From: a virus
Reading direction: 5' to 3' (one strand)
DNA: 64,000 nt
Virus record (IMG/VR): IMGVR_UViG_3300031758_000022
Location: 1 to 64,000 of that record
This document shows positions 38,271 through 48,602 of this stretch, piece by piece. Made by a program: the position numbers and the translations under genes. The notes beneath the pieces are model-generated. The model did not search any database. It saw only the letters and a program-made list of their open reading frames with translations, and had not been told where the DNA came from. Position 1 is the first letter of the stretch, and the number at the start of each line of letters is the position of its first letter.

Positions 38271-39471
38271 AAGTGTCTGGGATTTGTTCACTTGCAACGT
38301 TATTGTTTATTTCAGAAAGCTTTTCTTCATCAAGCTCAATGTGTACAGCTTTGATATACTTAGATATCATACCGACCTTAAGCTGCTTTGAAAGAATTTC
38401 AATCATCATGTTTTTAAAGTCACCTTCAAATTTGCCAATCTCTACACTTGTTCTTATAATCTGATCAAAAGTTATAGAATAGCCTGTGACTTTAAGAAAA
38501 GACAGCATACTTTGAAAAGCTACAGACTTTGTATACTTTTGATAACGGTGTCTTTGAAAATGCTTTTCAAGCAACAACATTAGGTAATGAGCATTCTCAT
38601 TAAAATTAGAATTGGCCATCATTGTCAAACCTAATTCAATATTTGTTTCATCTTCATTATCAAGCAATTTGTCTATAAACAAATAGTCATCATTGGATAA
38701 AATAGTGGCCCCTAGGTTAGCTTGAATTACAGAATCTTCAACTAAGACTTTATCTTTTATTGTCTGTATAAAGTGATAAGTATCTTGGTCAATAATACCA
38801 ACTGTTCTTCCTGGAAATTGTAAATTTATTTCTAATTGGGTTTTATCAAAAGCCGATATATTCTCAATAAGCTCTTTTATAAATCTTGAAGGTGTCCAAT
38901 TAAGAAGAGCATAATCAGTTGTATATGATTCAAGATCTTTTTTCATTGCCTGCAATAGTTCTAAATCTATTTTTTTATGTTTGAACTCATAACTAGAACT
39001 CTTAATAAGTGCTAGTATTTTATCTCTATTTAGTGAATTAGTAACAGCATCTACAAGTCTTATCAAATCCTTTCTTAAGTAAAGAGTATTGCTATAAGAA
39101 GTTGTAAATAATTTGCTAAAATTGTGTTTATTAACAACAACATGATCTGAATCATTTACATTTCTTACTATAGAAAAGTCATACTTCTCTTTTGCTTCTT
39201 TTAGTTTGTATCTAGGAATTAAAGCACTACGATGGATATAAAGTTTTTTAATATCTTTTAAGTCATAGTCTTTGTTTTCTATCATACCGACTTCTTTTAA
39301 AATAGAATTTGATAGGTAAGCAGTGCCACCAGAATACGGTAGTGTATCATTAATTGCAAGCCAATGACCTTCAACTGTTGATGACATATCATTATAAAAA
39401 AAGTCTTTAATATATACATACTTTAAAAACTTAACACCAGGTGTATCAAGGATTTTTATTTGTGATTCCAT
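38260..39471 (-). CDS. Hypothetical protein (403 aa)
   Basis: Long ORF; no motif recognised. Confidence 0.7.
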   Translation of the reverse strand: MESQIKILDTPGVKFLKYVYIKDFFYNDMSSTVEGHWLAINDTLPYSGGTAYLSNSILKEVGMIENKDYDLKDIKKLYIHRSALIPRYKLKEAKEKYDFSIVRNVNDSDHVVVNKHNFSKLFTTSYSNTLYLRKDLIRLVDAVTNSLNRDKILALIKSSSYEFKHKKIDLELLQAMKKDLESYTTDYALLNWTPSRFIKELIENISAFDKTQLEINLQFPGRTVGIIDQDTYHFIQTIKDKVLVEDSVIQANLGATILSNDDYLFIDKLLDNEDETNIELGLTMMANSNFNENAHYLMLLLEKHFQRHRYQKYTKSVAFQSMLSFLKVTGYSITFDQIIRTSVEIGKFEGDFKNMMIEILSKQLKVGMISKYIKAVHIELDEEKLSEINNNVASEQIPDTYEF

Positions 39472-39492
39472 AATTTTATTATTAGTAAATTA

Positions 39493-39521
39493 AAAAGTGA
39501 GCCCTGAATGAGCTCACTTTA
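39493..39521. terminator. Intrinsic terminator
   Basis: AAAAGTGAGC-CCTGAATGA-GCTCACTTTT. Confidence 0.7.
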
Positions 39522-39540
39522 TTATGATCAGTGCAAGCAC

Positions 39541-39807
39541 TTATTTTATTCTCCAAACACGAACCCCGGTACCATAAGCTTTAAAAGCATATTCTGCTTT
39601 AGTCTTACTCATCTTAGAGTATCTGCTTGCAGATGTTCTAATGCTATTGAGAAGAGCATGAGGACTTTTAGAAGTACCAGAAGATAAATCTACAAAAAAG
39701 CTGTTAGTAACTTTGAGTTTGTCAAAAGGATACTTTCTGGATCTTCCTCTTCTTTTAAAGCAGCTTGCAGGAATTTTAACTCCTTCTTCAATTTGAATCA
39801 TTGTCAT
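39541..39807 (-). CDS. Small basic putative DNA-binding phage protein
   Basis: RKYPFDKL...SFFV...GVRVWRIK pattern recalled from small phage DNA-binding proteins. Confidence 0.55.
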   Translation of the reverse strand: MTMIQIEEGVKIPASCFKRRGRSRKYPFDKLKVTNSFFVDLSSGTSKSPHALLNSIRTSASRYSKMSKTKAEYAFKAYGTGVRVWRIK

Positions 39808-39818
39808 GTGGGTTTTAA

Positions 39819-41018
39819 TTATTGAACTGTTAATTTTACAATTTCTGGATCAAGAAGTAGTTTTTGGAACTTAGTCCTGTTACCTGAAATGATTGTTTTG
39901 ATAATTACATAGTGTAAATCAAGGGTGAATAGCTTCTCAGACTTCATGATATTTTTAATTCTATCTAGAATTTTATCATTGATGCTATTACCATTAGAAT
40001 GAACAACTGCATAGTTACTAAAACGGGTTGCCATTAAGCTAGCAATATCAGCTCTATAACCGGATGAGTCATTCATACTACTATGTAACTTTGTCTCAAC
40101 ACTATCCCAATTAGCATCCAAAAGTATATCATGAGGAGATATCAAAATATCTAACTTATTGGCAATGAATGTAGTAAACATTGAAGTAAACTCTTCACCT
40201 ACACTACCTTCACCAATCATCTGAATAATTCTCAAATTATCCTCAAATGATTTAATGGAGCTTATAGAATTAAAGAAAGTAGTTATACTCCTAGGATTAA
40301 TATCTCCACTTACTAGTTCAGGATTCATTAGTAAGAAGTTAATACATCTGCTGTCAACCTTATTTTCTTCTGCCCATCTTGCCCAACACTTAATATCAAA
40401 CTCAAGATGAGTGGTAATAAATCTGGTTCTTTGAGCTTTGTCAATACTGTTTACTAGATACTCACCGTTATCAGGATTAGAGGTTAGTACTATGTGCCAG
40501 TCTTTAGGTAGTTTCCAAGAGATGTACTCTTGTCTATCTATTACCTCCATTACTGCTTGAACAAAGCGTAGATCAGCTCTAGTCCAGTCATCCAAAATTA
40601 GAATACCACCCTCTTCTTTGCCTTGAATCCATTCTGGCGCAGCATGTGTCATTCTTTTCTCACCTGTAGGTTTGTACCCACTAGAAATATACATTGGCAT
40701 AGTAGACTCGGTAACCCATTTAACTAGTGTTTCTGAATCTTTTGTCTTAATCATCTCATGCTCTTTCATAGGATAACCTACAAGGTCACCTAGCTCCTCA
40801 ATGTGGCTCAAATTGAGCTTTATACATTGTAGATTGAGCTCTTCTGCAATTTGGAGAATAGTGCTAGTCTTGCCAAGACCTGCTTCTCCCTCAATATTTA
40901 TAGCAACTGGTTTCTTACCTTGCCCTTGAATATGCCTATTATTTTCAATCATGTGCTTAATGAAATCCTTAAGCTCATCAGTGTTCAAATTTACATGTGC
41001 GTGTGTTTTCTTTGACAT
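39819..41018 (-). CDS. MoxR-like AAA+ ATPase
   Basis: Walker A GEAGLGKT, Walker B ILILDD, TSNP sensor, DKAQRTRF, NPRS. Confidence 0.85.
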   Translation of the reverse strand: MSKKTHAHVNLNTDELKDFIKHMIENNRHIQGQGKKPVAINIEGEAGLGKTSTILQIAEELNLQCIKLNLSHIEELGDLVGYPMKEHEMIKTKDSETLVKWVTESTMPMYISSGYKPTGEKRMTHAAPEWIQGKEEGGILILDDWTRADLRFVQAVMEVIDRQEYISWKLPKDWHIVLTSNPDNGEYLVNSIDKAQRTRFITTHLEFDIKCWARWAEENKVDSRCINFLLMNPELVSGDINPRSITTFFNSISSIKSFEDNLRIIQMIGEGSVGEEFTSMFTTFIANKLDILISPHDILLDANWDSVETKLHSSMNDSSGYRADIASLMATRFSNYAVVHSNGNSINDKILDRIKNIMKSEKLFTLDLHYVIIKTIISGNRTKFQKLLLDPEIVKLTVQ

Positions 41019-41019
41019 C

Positions 41020-42207
41020 TTAATTTAGTTTGATTACTTGTCCTGGTAATTGTTCATTTAATTTAGATCTTTCACTTAGTACCCAAAGGATTCTTCCTTT
41101 TGGTTTTTCTGGTGCAGGAGCCTCACCATCTGTAAAATATATAAGACTAGTATATATTCTTTGATTTGCATTATAATACTCTATAACAGGTTCAAAGCTA
41201 GTACCGCCTCTACCATAGATTTTGATATCTACACCTGGTTTATATGAGCCTATATTAGAAATAGCGGCATCACATTGTACAAGGGTAATATCAACACCTG
41301 TTCTGTGTATATGATTAATTTCAGAAAAGAATTCCTGAAGCTCATCATTACTTACAGAACCGGATGTATCTATAGCTAGCAAAATATGCTGGCGCTTTTT
41401 GATTTTTAATCCGGGATTATCTTCAAATCTCTTGTTAAACTTTCTTCTAAGTTTCTTAGTATAAACCTTATTTGAATTTCCAACAAATCTTCTAAGATAT
41501 CCTCTCCAATCAAACTTTGGCGGTTCTAGATTCTCAAAAGATTTTAGTATCTGTTCAATCTCTGATGGAACAGTACCTCTACCTTTCTTAATTTCTTCTG
41601 CTAGTTTCTCAATGTTATACTTAACTTGATTTTTAATCAACTTCTTTTCTGAGTCACTAAGGTCATTGTATTCTTCCCAAGTATCATGGTTTGGAACCAA
41701 TGTGTCATCTACATATATCTCTACTTTATCGCTTTTCATAGACTCAAGGAGTTTATTTAGCAAAGGAGAGGTATTATCTTTTTGTGCCTGAAGCAAGAGG
41801 TCATAATAAGCTCTTGTACCGGCTTTTATTGGAAGATTTAGTTCTGGAAATGTCTTTAAAGTAACACCACCTTCTGGTAGTTCATCCTCACTAATATATT
41901 GATTAATTTCAATATCTGCAGCAATGTTAAAAACATCTTTATCTGAAAAGAGATCTCCCATCATTGGATGAAAGAAGGCCAGGTGTAACATTTCGTGTTT
42001 TGTTAAACCTAGTTTGTGTTTTTCACTTAGACTCTCCCAAAAGTTTTCATTTATATAGAGCTTATAAGAAATTCCACTTCTTGCCACACCGGCTGTAGGA
42101 ACTTTTTCTGTCCAGACTTTATCAGTCATAATAAGAAAAAGCCCGTAATAGGGCTCTCTCAATAATAAATCTTTACAAATTTTGGATATACTTTTATTCT
42201 TATCCAT
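41020..42207 (-). CDS. DUF2201-type metallopeptidase plus vWA domain protein
   Basis: HEMLH, NIAADIEIN, MIDAS DTSGS, GRGGTSF, YFTDG. Confidence 0.88.
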   Translation of the reverse strand: MDKNKSISKICKDLLLREPYYGLFLIMTDKVWTEKVPTAGVARSGISYKLYINENFWESLSEKHKLGLTKHEMLHLAFFHPMMGDLFSDKDVFNIAADIEINQYISEDELPEGGVTLKTFPELNLPIKAGTRAYYDLLLQAQKDNTSPLLNKLLESMKSDKVEIYVDDTLVPNHDTWEEYNDLSDSEKKLIKNQVKYNIEKLAEEIKKGRGTVPSEIEQILKSFENLEPPKFDWRGYLRRFVGNSNKVYTKKLRRKFNKRFEDNPGLKIKKRQHILLAIDTSGSVSNDELQEFFSEINHIHRTGVDITLVQCDAAISNIGSYKPGVDIKIYGRGGTSFEPVIEYYNANQRIYTSLIYFTDGEAPAPEKPKGRILWVLSERSKLNEQLPGQVIKLN

Positions 42208-42209
42208 TA

Positions 42210-42728
42210 CTAGTAGTTTTTTCTTTTAGCATATTGGGCCATTAATAAAGCATCAATTAAGCCATCATGAGGTTTTGTAGCTCTGGTGCCAAATGTAAGT
42301 TTCTGTCCTGGGAATATTCTATTAACAGCAATTAATGCCATAGCCTTGGTATCATTATTAGTTCTACCAGGTTTTTTAATTACCTCTACTCCTTGAAACA
42401 TCTCTTTTTGCCATTGCTTTGCCGGTACCTTAGTATAAGGAATCTTTAATGCAATAGCTATCATTTCTATAGCACCTGACTGATAACCCATACTAAAGGC
42501 TGTAGCTTTACTGGTGCCAAATATGACACCTAGTTTTTCAAAAACCATATGAATCTCTCCATTAGCTTTAGCAAGATCTGTTGATTGAATATATTCAATA
42601 AGATCAAACAAATCAGAATAAGAAATTTCATCTTTTATCAATGGAATAGGATATGTTGTCACCTCATCTGAAGAGATAACAGCTATGCCTCCTTTTTTTC
42701 CAATATCAATGCCTATGTATGTTTTCAT
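42210..42728 (-). CDS. RuvC-like Holliday junction resolvase
   Basis: YIGIDIG, FEK, AFSMG, WQK, DGLIDALLMA. Confidence 0.8.
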   Translation of the reverse strand: MKTYIGIDIGKKGGIAVISSDEVTTYPIPLIKDEISYSDLFDLIEYIQSTDLAKANGEIHMVFEKLGVIFGTSKATAFSMGYQSGAIEMIAIALKIPYTKVPAKQWQKEMFQGVEVIKKPGRTNNDTKAMALIAVNRIFPGQKLTFGTRATKPHDGLIDALLMAQYAKRKNY

Positions 42729-43705
42729 GTTTTTAATGCTTGATTGATAAGTGGTGTTAATGTTTGTTTGACTTTTAGTTGGCCGTGCTTTTTAATAGAA
42801 TCAGATATATCTTTTTCTAATGGTAGTACAACATAAGGAAGTTTAAAAGCTTCTTTATATCTTTCCATTGCAGTCATACCGGCTACATCATTGTCAAAAA
42901 TACATACAATCTTTTTGTAATTAGCTTTTAGGTTCCTTACTATTTCTTCTCTAAGCATGCTACCTTCAGAATCAGGAGCTATAAATTCTATAGGATATCC
43001 TAATTTTACTAGAGACATGCCATCCTTTAAAGAAGATACTATAACTAACAAAGGTTTTTTAAACTCAAGCTGTTCCATTCCCTGGACATAATCTTTAAGC
43101 TTCATAAACTTTTTATCTTTGTTATAAGGCTGATAAATCTTGTACAGAGTACCATCCTCACGGAAGAAACCATATACATAAGGCTTTTCACTTGTAAAGA
43201 AGCTATACACACCATTCTCTACTTTGCTAAAAGTAAAAGAACATAAAGGTTCTATGTTATACTTTCCAAGAATATCAGAGTCTATACCGTAGCTTGTCCA
43301 ATAGTCTGCATCATTCTTATTCCATTTCCTAGTATTATAAGTTTCAAGCTTATAATTAACTTTTGGAACAATCACTTTTGTTTTTGCAGATTCACCGGTG
43401 CGCTTTAAGTAATTAGTGTAATCACTAACTATTTTGTTTACAGCATCTCCTAAACTCAGATTAAACATTTCCATGACTAAAGTAATGCCTGTACCACCTT
43501 TATCTGTTGAAAAGTCCTTGAAGTAATAATCTCCATTTTCTCTACAAAAAATAACCATTGATGGAACAGAATCTCTAGCATTAAAAATAGACTTGATTTT
43601 TACATCTTGTCCTACTAGTGTTTCTGGTAATGAACAATACTGCTCAAATATCCAGTTACTTGGTACATCATATGTACTGCTTACTATAATTTTAGTACTA
43701 ATCAT
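42725..43705 (-). CDS. DnaG-like (TOPRIM) primase, crAss-like type
   Basis: FKDFST, KIYQPY, SSLKD, FDNDVAG, KDISD. Confidence 0.8.
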   Translation of the reverse strand: MISTKIIVSSTYDVPSNWIFEQYCSLPETLVGQDVKIKSIFNARDSVPSMVIFCRENGDYYFKDFSTDKGGTGITLVMEMFNLSLGDAVNKIVSDYTNYLKRTGESAKTKVIVPKVNYKLETYNTRKWNKNDADYWTSYGIDSDILGKYNIEPLCSFTFSKVENGVYSFFTSEKPYVYGFFREDGTLYKIYQPYNKDKKFMKLKDYVQGMEQLEFKKPLLVIVSSLKDGMSLVKLGYPIEFIAPDSEGSMLREEIVRNLKANYKKIVCIFDNDVAGMTAMERYKEAFKLPYVVLPLEKDISDSIKKHGQLKVKQTLTPLINQALKT

Positions 43706-43716
43706 GGTAGAAAATA

Positions 43717-43746
43717 AAAAAAAGGGGCCGTGATGACCCCTTTTTA
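43717..43746. terminator. Intrinsic terminator
   Basis: AAAAAAAGGGG-CCGTGATGA-CCCCTTTTT. Confidence 0.7.
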
Positions 43747-43757
43747 ATTGATAACCC

Positions 43758-44480
43758 TTAATCCAAATCTAAATTAAAGTCAGAAGCAATAATAGTTGTT
43801 GTTGGAACATCAACCATCATACCCGCTGTTGGCTCACTTGTACCAAATGATGCAACAGTTGCGCCTCCATCAGTTTTAGCTTTTTTAATATGTTCTTCTT
43901 CATTGAAGATCATAACTTTACCATCATTATCAGCACTTTTATAAGAAAAAGCACCTTTTACAGCTTTAGGCAAATACAGATCAAAGTTGATATAACCAGC
44001 TTTGTTCAAATATTCACGGCCTGCCACACACATGCTAAGCATTTTACCTTTGAAAGGTTTGTCACTATTGAACTGCTCTACTAGAGATTCAATAGTATCA
44101 TGCTGATTATCTTGAGACTCAAGCCAAGCTGCAGAATTTGTTTCTACACAAAGGTTTCTTAGAGCTTTCAAAACTTCCATATCACGAGAAATAACAATAC
44201 CACTCTTAGTAGTGCCATCAGCAAAAGGCCATTCAGTTAATCTAACTTTGCCTATTTGACCTGCATATCTTCCCAAATCCGGTTGGTCCTTATCAATATA
44301 AAAACCTTCAAATTCAGGGCCCATATCAGGACCTTCTACTTGAAGCGCCATATGATAAGCACCTTCTTTATAAGGAACTTTTTCAAGTGTTACACTGTTG
44401 ATTGAGCATTGAATATTACCAGGTTGTAATACTTTTGGAGTTGCTGAACCGCCTCCAGGAATTTTAGTTGTACTAATCAT
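43758..44480 (-). CDS. Putative single-stranded DNA-binding protein
   Basis: Located between the Sak4-like ATPase and primase; beta-rich; acidic/hydrophobic C-tail SDFNLDLD; GREY motif. Confidence 0.55.
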   Translation of the reverse strand: MISTTKIPGGGSATPKVLQPGNIQCSINSVTLEKVPYKEGAYHMALQVEGPDMGPEFEGFYIDKDQPDLGRYAGQIGKVRLTEWPFADGTTKSGIVISRDMEVLKALRNLCVETNSAAWLESQDNQHDTIESLVEQFNSDKPFKGKMLSMCVAGREYLNKAGYINFDLYLPKAVKGAFSYKSADNDGKVMIFNEEEHIKKAKTDGGATVASFGTSEPTAGMMVDVPTTTIIASDFNLDLD

Positions 44481-44501
44481 GTTACTTTTTTATAAAACTT
44501 A

Positions 44502-45251
44502 TTAATCAATGAATATTCTATCCCAGTGTGTTTTAAATGTACCATCTTCTAGGATTTCAGATAATACAATTTCCTGATTTCTAAGGTGTTCAGGACGTGC
44601 ACCACAAGATATCTCATCAGTTGTTTTGAAACTTAAGATGTTCTTGTTTCCTTTTCTATACAGATAACCAATGGCATCTGATTTAGAACTGGCAATTCTT
44701 TTAAGTTTACCTGTCAAATCTAAGTCAAGAGAGCTAAACTCCGAACCATTTTTTTCTAACAAAGTGTCCTTAACGTGACATAATTGGATTGTTCTTGGAG
44801 CCCATGTGCTAATATAACCTACAGTGTTAACGTAAGCTTCTCTTAACCAGGGATATCCAGCACCATTAGCCATATTTAAAATAGTGCCATATTTAGGCTT
44901 CCCTTCTGTAAACCAGTTTTTACCCATAGGGGACTGTGAATACAAATGTTCAGCATAAGGAATACACATTTCTTCAAGTGCAGTTCCTGTATCAATTGTA
45001 ACATACTTGTAAGGCATGTTAGCTCCTTTAATAGCTTTACCAATAGCATTGATTTCAGCTATTGATTTAGCTTTAAGCTTCATAGCTTCAACATAATCAG
45101 TACCGTCTTCTAGGTCTAGAATAAGGTTGTCATCTAGTTGAGCTACTAAACTTGTCTTGCCTACTTTAGGCTTAGAAAAGATAATAAGATTCTTTGGACT
45201 TTTTACTTCTGCTGACTGTCTAGTCATTGGAAGAATAATGGTTTCACTCAT
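44502..45251 (-). CDS. Sak4-like AAA_24 ATPase (recombination/annealing)
   Basis: SKPKVGKT, LDLEDG, TIDT, DAIGY. Confidence 0.8.
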   Translation of the reverse strand: MSETIILPMTRQSAEVKSPKNLIIFSKPKVGKTSLVAQLDDNLILDLEDGTDYVEAMKLKAKSIAEINAIGKAIKGANMPYKYVTIDTGTALEEMCIPYAEHLYSQSPMGKNWFTEGKPKYGTILNMANGAGYPWLREAYVNTVGYISTWAPRTIQLCHVKDTLLEKNGSEFSSLDLDLTGKLKRIASSKSDAIGYLYRKGNKNILSFKTTDEISCGARPEHLRNQEIVLSEILEDGTFKTHWDRIFID

Positions 45252-45775
45252 TTTTTAATACTATTAATTAGTTCGTTTAACCATGCTTTCTCACTTACTG
45301 GTTTCCAGCTCATAATAGCAGCAAAGTCCTTGATAGTCATTTCAGAAAAAGGAAGATCCCCTAAACTTGACTCTAGGCTAGTAAATCTGTCTACAACAGC
45401 AGGAGTATCAGGAATTTTAATTAGCTCACTAACAGGAACTAAATACCTAACATGTCCTAAAGCGTTAGCTTCTGTTATTTCATACTCAGATTGCCAATGA
45501 GGATTGTACCTCCATAACCATAGTTCACGGTTATCACTTTCTGAAATGTAGTCCCTACTAACAGCTTCGGTGTATATATCTTCTGCTCTTTTTAGTTCAC
45601 TCTCAAAAAAGCTTACATATAACTCATCTTTTCCAGATGGTCTATATGCCATTTTTGGGAAGAACAAAGCATTAGGTACACCTAGTCTGTCAAATGAGGG
45701 CTGATGTTTCTCCCTAAGGAGAGAAATTTTTTCCTTTGTTGACAAAGGCTCACTTGTTTTTGTACTTATACTCAT
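45248..45775 (-). CDS. Hypothetical protein
   Basis: 175-aa ORF, overlaps next gene (ATGA). Confidence 0.7.
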   Translation of the reverse strand: MSISTKTSEPLSTKEKISLLREKHQPSFDRLGVPNALFFPKMAYRPSGKDELYVSFFESELKRAEDIYTEAVSRDYISESDNRELWLWRYNPHWQSEYEITEANALGHVRYLVPVSELIKIPDTPAVVDRFTSLESSLGDLPFSEMTIKDFAAIMSWKPVSEKAWLNELINSIKK

Positions 45776-45786
45776 TACTTATTTAT

Positions 45787-46779
45787 TTATATTGTACCAA
45801 CTCTTTTCACAGCTTGTGGTGGAGTAGGCATTTCTGTTATTTGCATTCTTTCAAACTGAGCTTTAAAGAAGCTCATCCTTGTGTCACCATTTCTGCATTT
45901 TAGAAAGTGCATTACAAGAGTTTTATCATCTTCAATGATATATTTGTCTGGACCATAGAGCCTTATTTTTTGTTTGCCAGGTCTATTAAGTCCTATTAGT
46001 GTATCTGCATGCTGTAGCAATGCATCACCACCAAAGATATCTGACTCAAGTATGTAATTGCCGTATTTTCCATCTTCACTTCTTTCAGGAGAATCAACAT
46101 TACGGTTCAATTGACTCAGAACAATAAATGCTATAGGATACTTTCTCTTTAGTTCAGTTAGAGCTTCACCAAGATTATACAAAGTATCAAATTTTTCTTT
46201 TTCAAAAGATGATTTTTTGAGCAACAGACTGTGATCCAGAGTGACTATAGTATTAGTATACTGTACTCTACCATCTTCATCTCTTGTAGCATGAGTATTC
46301 ATGTACATTTGAATCTGTTCTTTTAGCTCATTAACCGTGATAGGTGTTTCAACCACATCAATAGGCTCATCTTTTCTTTTTTTAGCATGAGCAAGACATT
46401 TTCTCAAATCTTCTTTGCTCAAAACACCATCAGCACTACATAGATATTTATAGGTCCTCCCTAAAATACTTGAATATTCCCTGATAGCAGTAGTTCTTGC
46501 TAGCATCTCGAATTGGAATTCTAATACTCTAAATGTTTCTCCAGGATTTAATGTGGAAGCTTCTCTGATTATTTGATCTTTAACCAAAGTCTTTCCAGCA
46601 CCGGGTCTACCACCTATTACAGTAAGTGAATGCCATTCTATTCCGTCTGTAGTTGCATCATTAAATTTATCCCAAGGAGTTTTTATACTCTTTATACGAC
46701 CTTCCATTCTCCCCTGCATGTATTCTAAGGACTGCTGAAATCCTTCTTTGTGACTTTTCCATAAGGCAGGTGTTTCCAT
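45787..46779 (-). CDS. DnaB-like replicative helicase
   Basis: GGRPGAGKT, FEM, LDH, LSQLNR, KCRNG. Confidence 0.9.
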   Translation of the reverse strand: METPALWKSHKEGFQQSLEYMQGRMEGRIKSIKTPWDKFNDATTDGIEWHSLTVIGGRPGAGKTLVKDQIIREASTLNPGETFRVLEFQFEMLARTTAIREYSSILGRTYKYLCSADGVLSKEDLRKCLAHAKKRKDEPIDVVETPITVNELKEQIQMYMNTHATRDEDGRVQYTNTIVTLDHSLLLKKSSFEKEKFDTLYNLGEALTELKRKYPIAFIVLSQLNRNVDSPERSEDGKYGNYILESDIFGGDALLQHADTLIGLNRPGKQKIRLYGPDKYIIEDDKTLVMHFLKCRNGDTRMSFFKAQFERMQITEMPTPPQAVKRVGTI

Positions 46780-46842
46780 ATTTTTTGAGATAAAAATACC
46801 GGCATAGCCGGCATGACTGTAAATATAATAAAACTTTTAGGT

Positions 46843-47412
46843 CTATACAACCTTTTCAGAAAAATGATTTGGGTCTTCTGTGGTATCTCCTGTAACTATT
46901 AAAGAACAGTAATTTGCTAATTCAGATTCCCTGGTCCTATCAGGATTAGCTTTAGTAATAAAGTATTGAGAAGTTCTCATATACAAGTATCCCTTAAGCT
47001 CATACTCATTAACATACATTGCTGTAGCCTTAAGTACAGTTTCCCAATCATAGCCATAGGTTTTGAAAAACCATGTAAAACATTGCTTTAGATTTTTCTT
47101 ATCTGCACGCGCTTGTTTGCCACTTGGCAGTTTACCTTTTGGGAAAAGACTCAAATATTTTTCAATCATGTCATCTAGTAAAACTATAGTTTTTACAGCT
47201 TTACTGGATGGTTTAGGCAAAGAAGACACGGCCTCTAAACCTAATGGTGTAATCTTACCTTTAGCATCAAGATGAGTGCTATTTTTTAAAGCTCTTACCT
47301 CAGTATGAACATTGATATTCAAAGGAATCTCTTCATACTGTAAACACCACAGCAAGTAAAGCTGATTAGGTGTTAGTTTGCTATCCTTAATGCTTTGAAT
47401 CAGACTTTGCAT
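46843..47412 (-). CDS. Hypothetical protein, possibly replication initiation/helicase loading
   Basis: 189 aa; wHTH-like N-terminus; immediately upstream of DnaB. Confidence 0.5.
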   Translation of the reverse strand: MQSLIQSIKDSKLTPNQLYLLWCLQYEEIPLNINVHTEVRALKNSTHLDAKGKITPLGLEAVSSLPKPSSKAVKTIVLLDDMIEKYLSLFPKGKLPSGKQARADKKNLKQCFTWFFKTYGYDWETVLKATAMYVNEYELKGYLYMRTSQYFITKANPDRTRESELANYCSLIVTGDTTEDPNHFSEKVV

Positions 47413-47869
47413 TTTCTAGTTTTTTATCTAAATAATTAGAAAATTTCTTCATGAACTCTTGATACATAGTAACAAAATTGGGGTCATTCATATCTAAAAA
47501 ATTCATACTTGCTTTACAGGCATGAACCCAAGTAGCATGATGCTTACCAAAATATTCCTGTATCTCTCTATAAGTATATCCTCCAGAATATTTAGCAGTA
47601 TATGCCATTATAAATCTTTTGTAAATATGAGGATGCCTTTGAGTTTTTGTAATAGATTCAGGATAAGTTTCTTTCATAAATTCATATATATCACTCATTG
47701 TGAATGATCTAAATAATCTAGAAACTTTTTTGTTTGCCTTAATCATTAGAGTTCTATCATCCTCAGGCATATAGACAGATATGTATCTTTTCTTACTATT
47801 AGCAACAAGCGCTGTGATAAACTCTGTAAAATCAGAAAGCTCTAATACTAGATTGGATTTCTTATTCAT
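47387..47869 (-). CDS. Protein with a DnaA domain IV-like helix-turn-helix
   Basis: YTYREIQEYFGKHHATWVHACK resembles DnaA C-terminal IG..FG.RDHTTV.HA. Confidence 0.55.
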   Translation of the reverse strand: MNKKSNLVLELSDFTEFITALVANSKKRYISVYMPEDDRTLMIKANKKVSRLFRSFTMSDIYEFMKETYPESITKTQRHPHIYKRFIMAYTAKYSGGYTYREIQEYFGKHHATWVHACKASMNFLDMNDPNFVTMYQEFMKKFSNYLDKKLENAKSDSKH

Positions 47870-48579
47870 CACCAAATAATTTTAGGTTGATTTTGTAATT
47901 CTAAATAGGCGTTTACCCTATTGAACATATCTTCACAATTCCATGTCTGACCTGTATAAGCTGCAGATGCTGGATGATTAACAGCTATTTTATAGTTGTT
48001 ATCCGGAATCAAGTCCATATATTCTTGAGCTTTCTTGCCTAAAAACACATAGATTAATCCAGGTTTGTTCCAGATCAGTGCATCTAATAGAGTAACCATA
48101 AAAGGTCTCCATAGTAATTGATGAGTACCTGGTTTTCCAATAGTAGTAGTAAATGCTGAATTAAGCATTAAAACACCTTGGTCAGACCATCTAGATAAAT
48201 CATTAGTCTTTGGAGCTATAAGTTCTGGCGGTACTGTTTTATCAATAGCATCCATAATATACTTCAAAGAAACTTCTGTTTTATCTTTAATACTACAAGA
48301 AAAGGCAATGCCGTCTGCAGTATTTACTTGAGGATAAGGGTCTTGACCAATAATAACAACTCTAGTGTTTTCAAAAGGACATGTTTCTAGGGCCCTAAAA
48401 AAGTACTTAACAGGAGGTGTAAATCTTTTACCATCTTGAGATTCTGCTAACAAAACTTCAAGAAGAGTATCCATTTCAGTACCTAATAAGTAACTTCTAA
48501 GTTTTAAATCCCAATCAGATCCGGAAAGTTTAGAGTATAACTTTTCTTTTACATCTTGTAAATTGACAGAACTTATCAT
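47869..48579 (-). CDS. ung: Uracil-DNA glycosylase family 1
   Basis: VVIIGQDPY, ADGIAFS, QGVLMLN, HPAS. Confidence 0.92.
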   Translation of the reverse strand: MISSVNLQDVKEKLYSKLSGSDWDLKLRSYLLGTEMDTLLEVLLAESQDGKRFTPPVKYFFRALETCPFENTRVVIIGQDPYPQVNTADGIAFSCSIKDKTEVSLKYIMDAIDKTVPPELIAPKTNDLSRWSDQGVLMLNSAFTTTIGKPGTHQLLWRPFMVTLLDALIWNKPGLIYVFLGKKAQEYMDLIPDNNYKIAVNHPASAAYTGQTWNCEDMFNRVNAYLELQNQPKIIW

Positions 48580-48602
48580 AAGTTTGTATAAATTAAATAG
48601 TT

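Noticed and set aside
34180-46779. Inteins or self-splicing introns in PolB, primase or DnaB
   Set aside because: Protein lengths are compact, motifs are normally spaced, and no C...HN junctions or split ORFs are seen.
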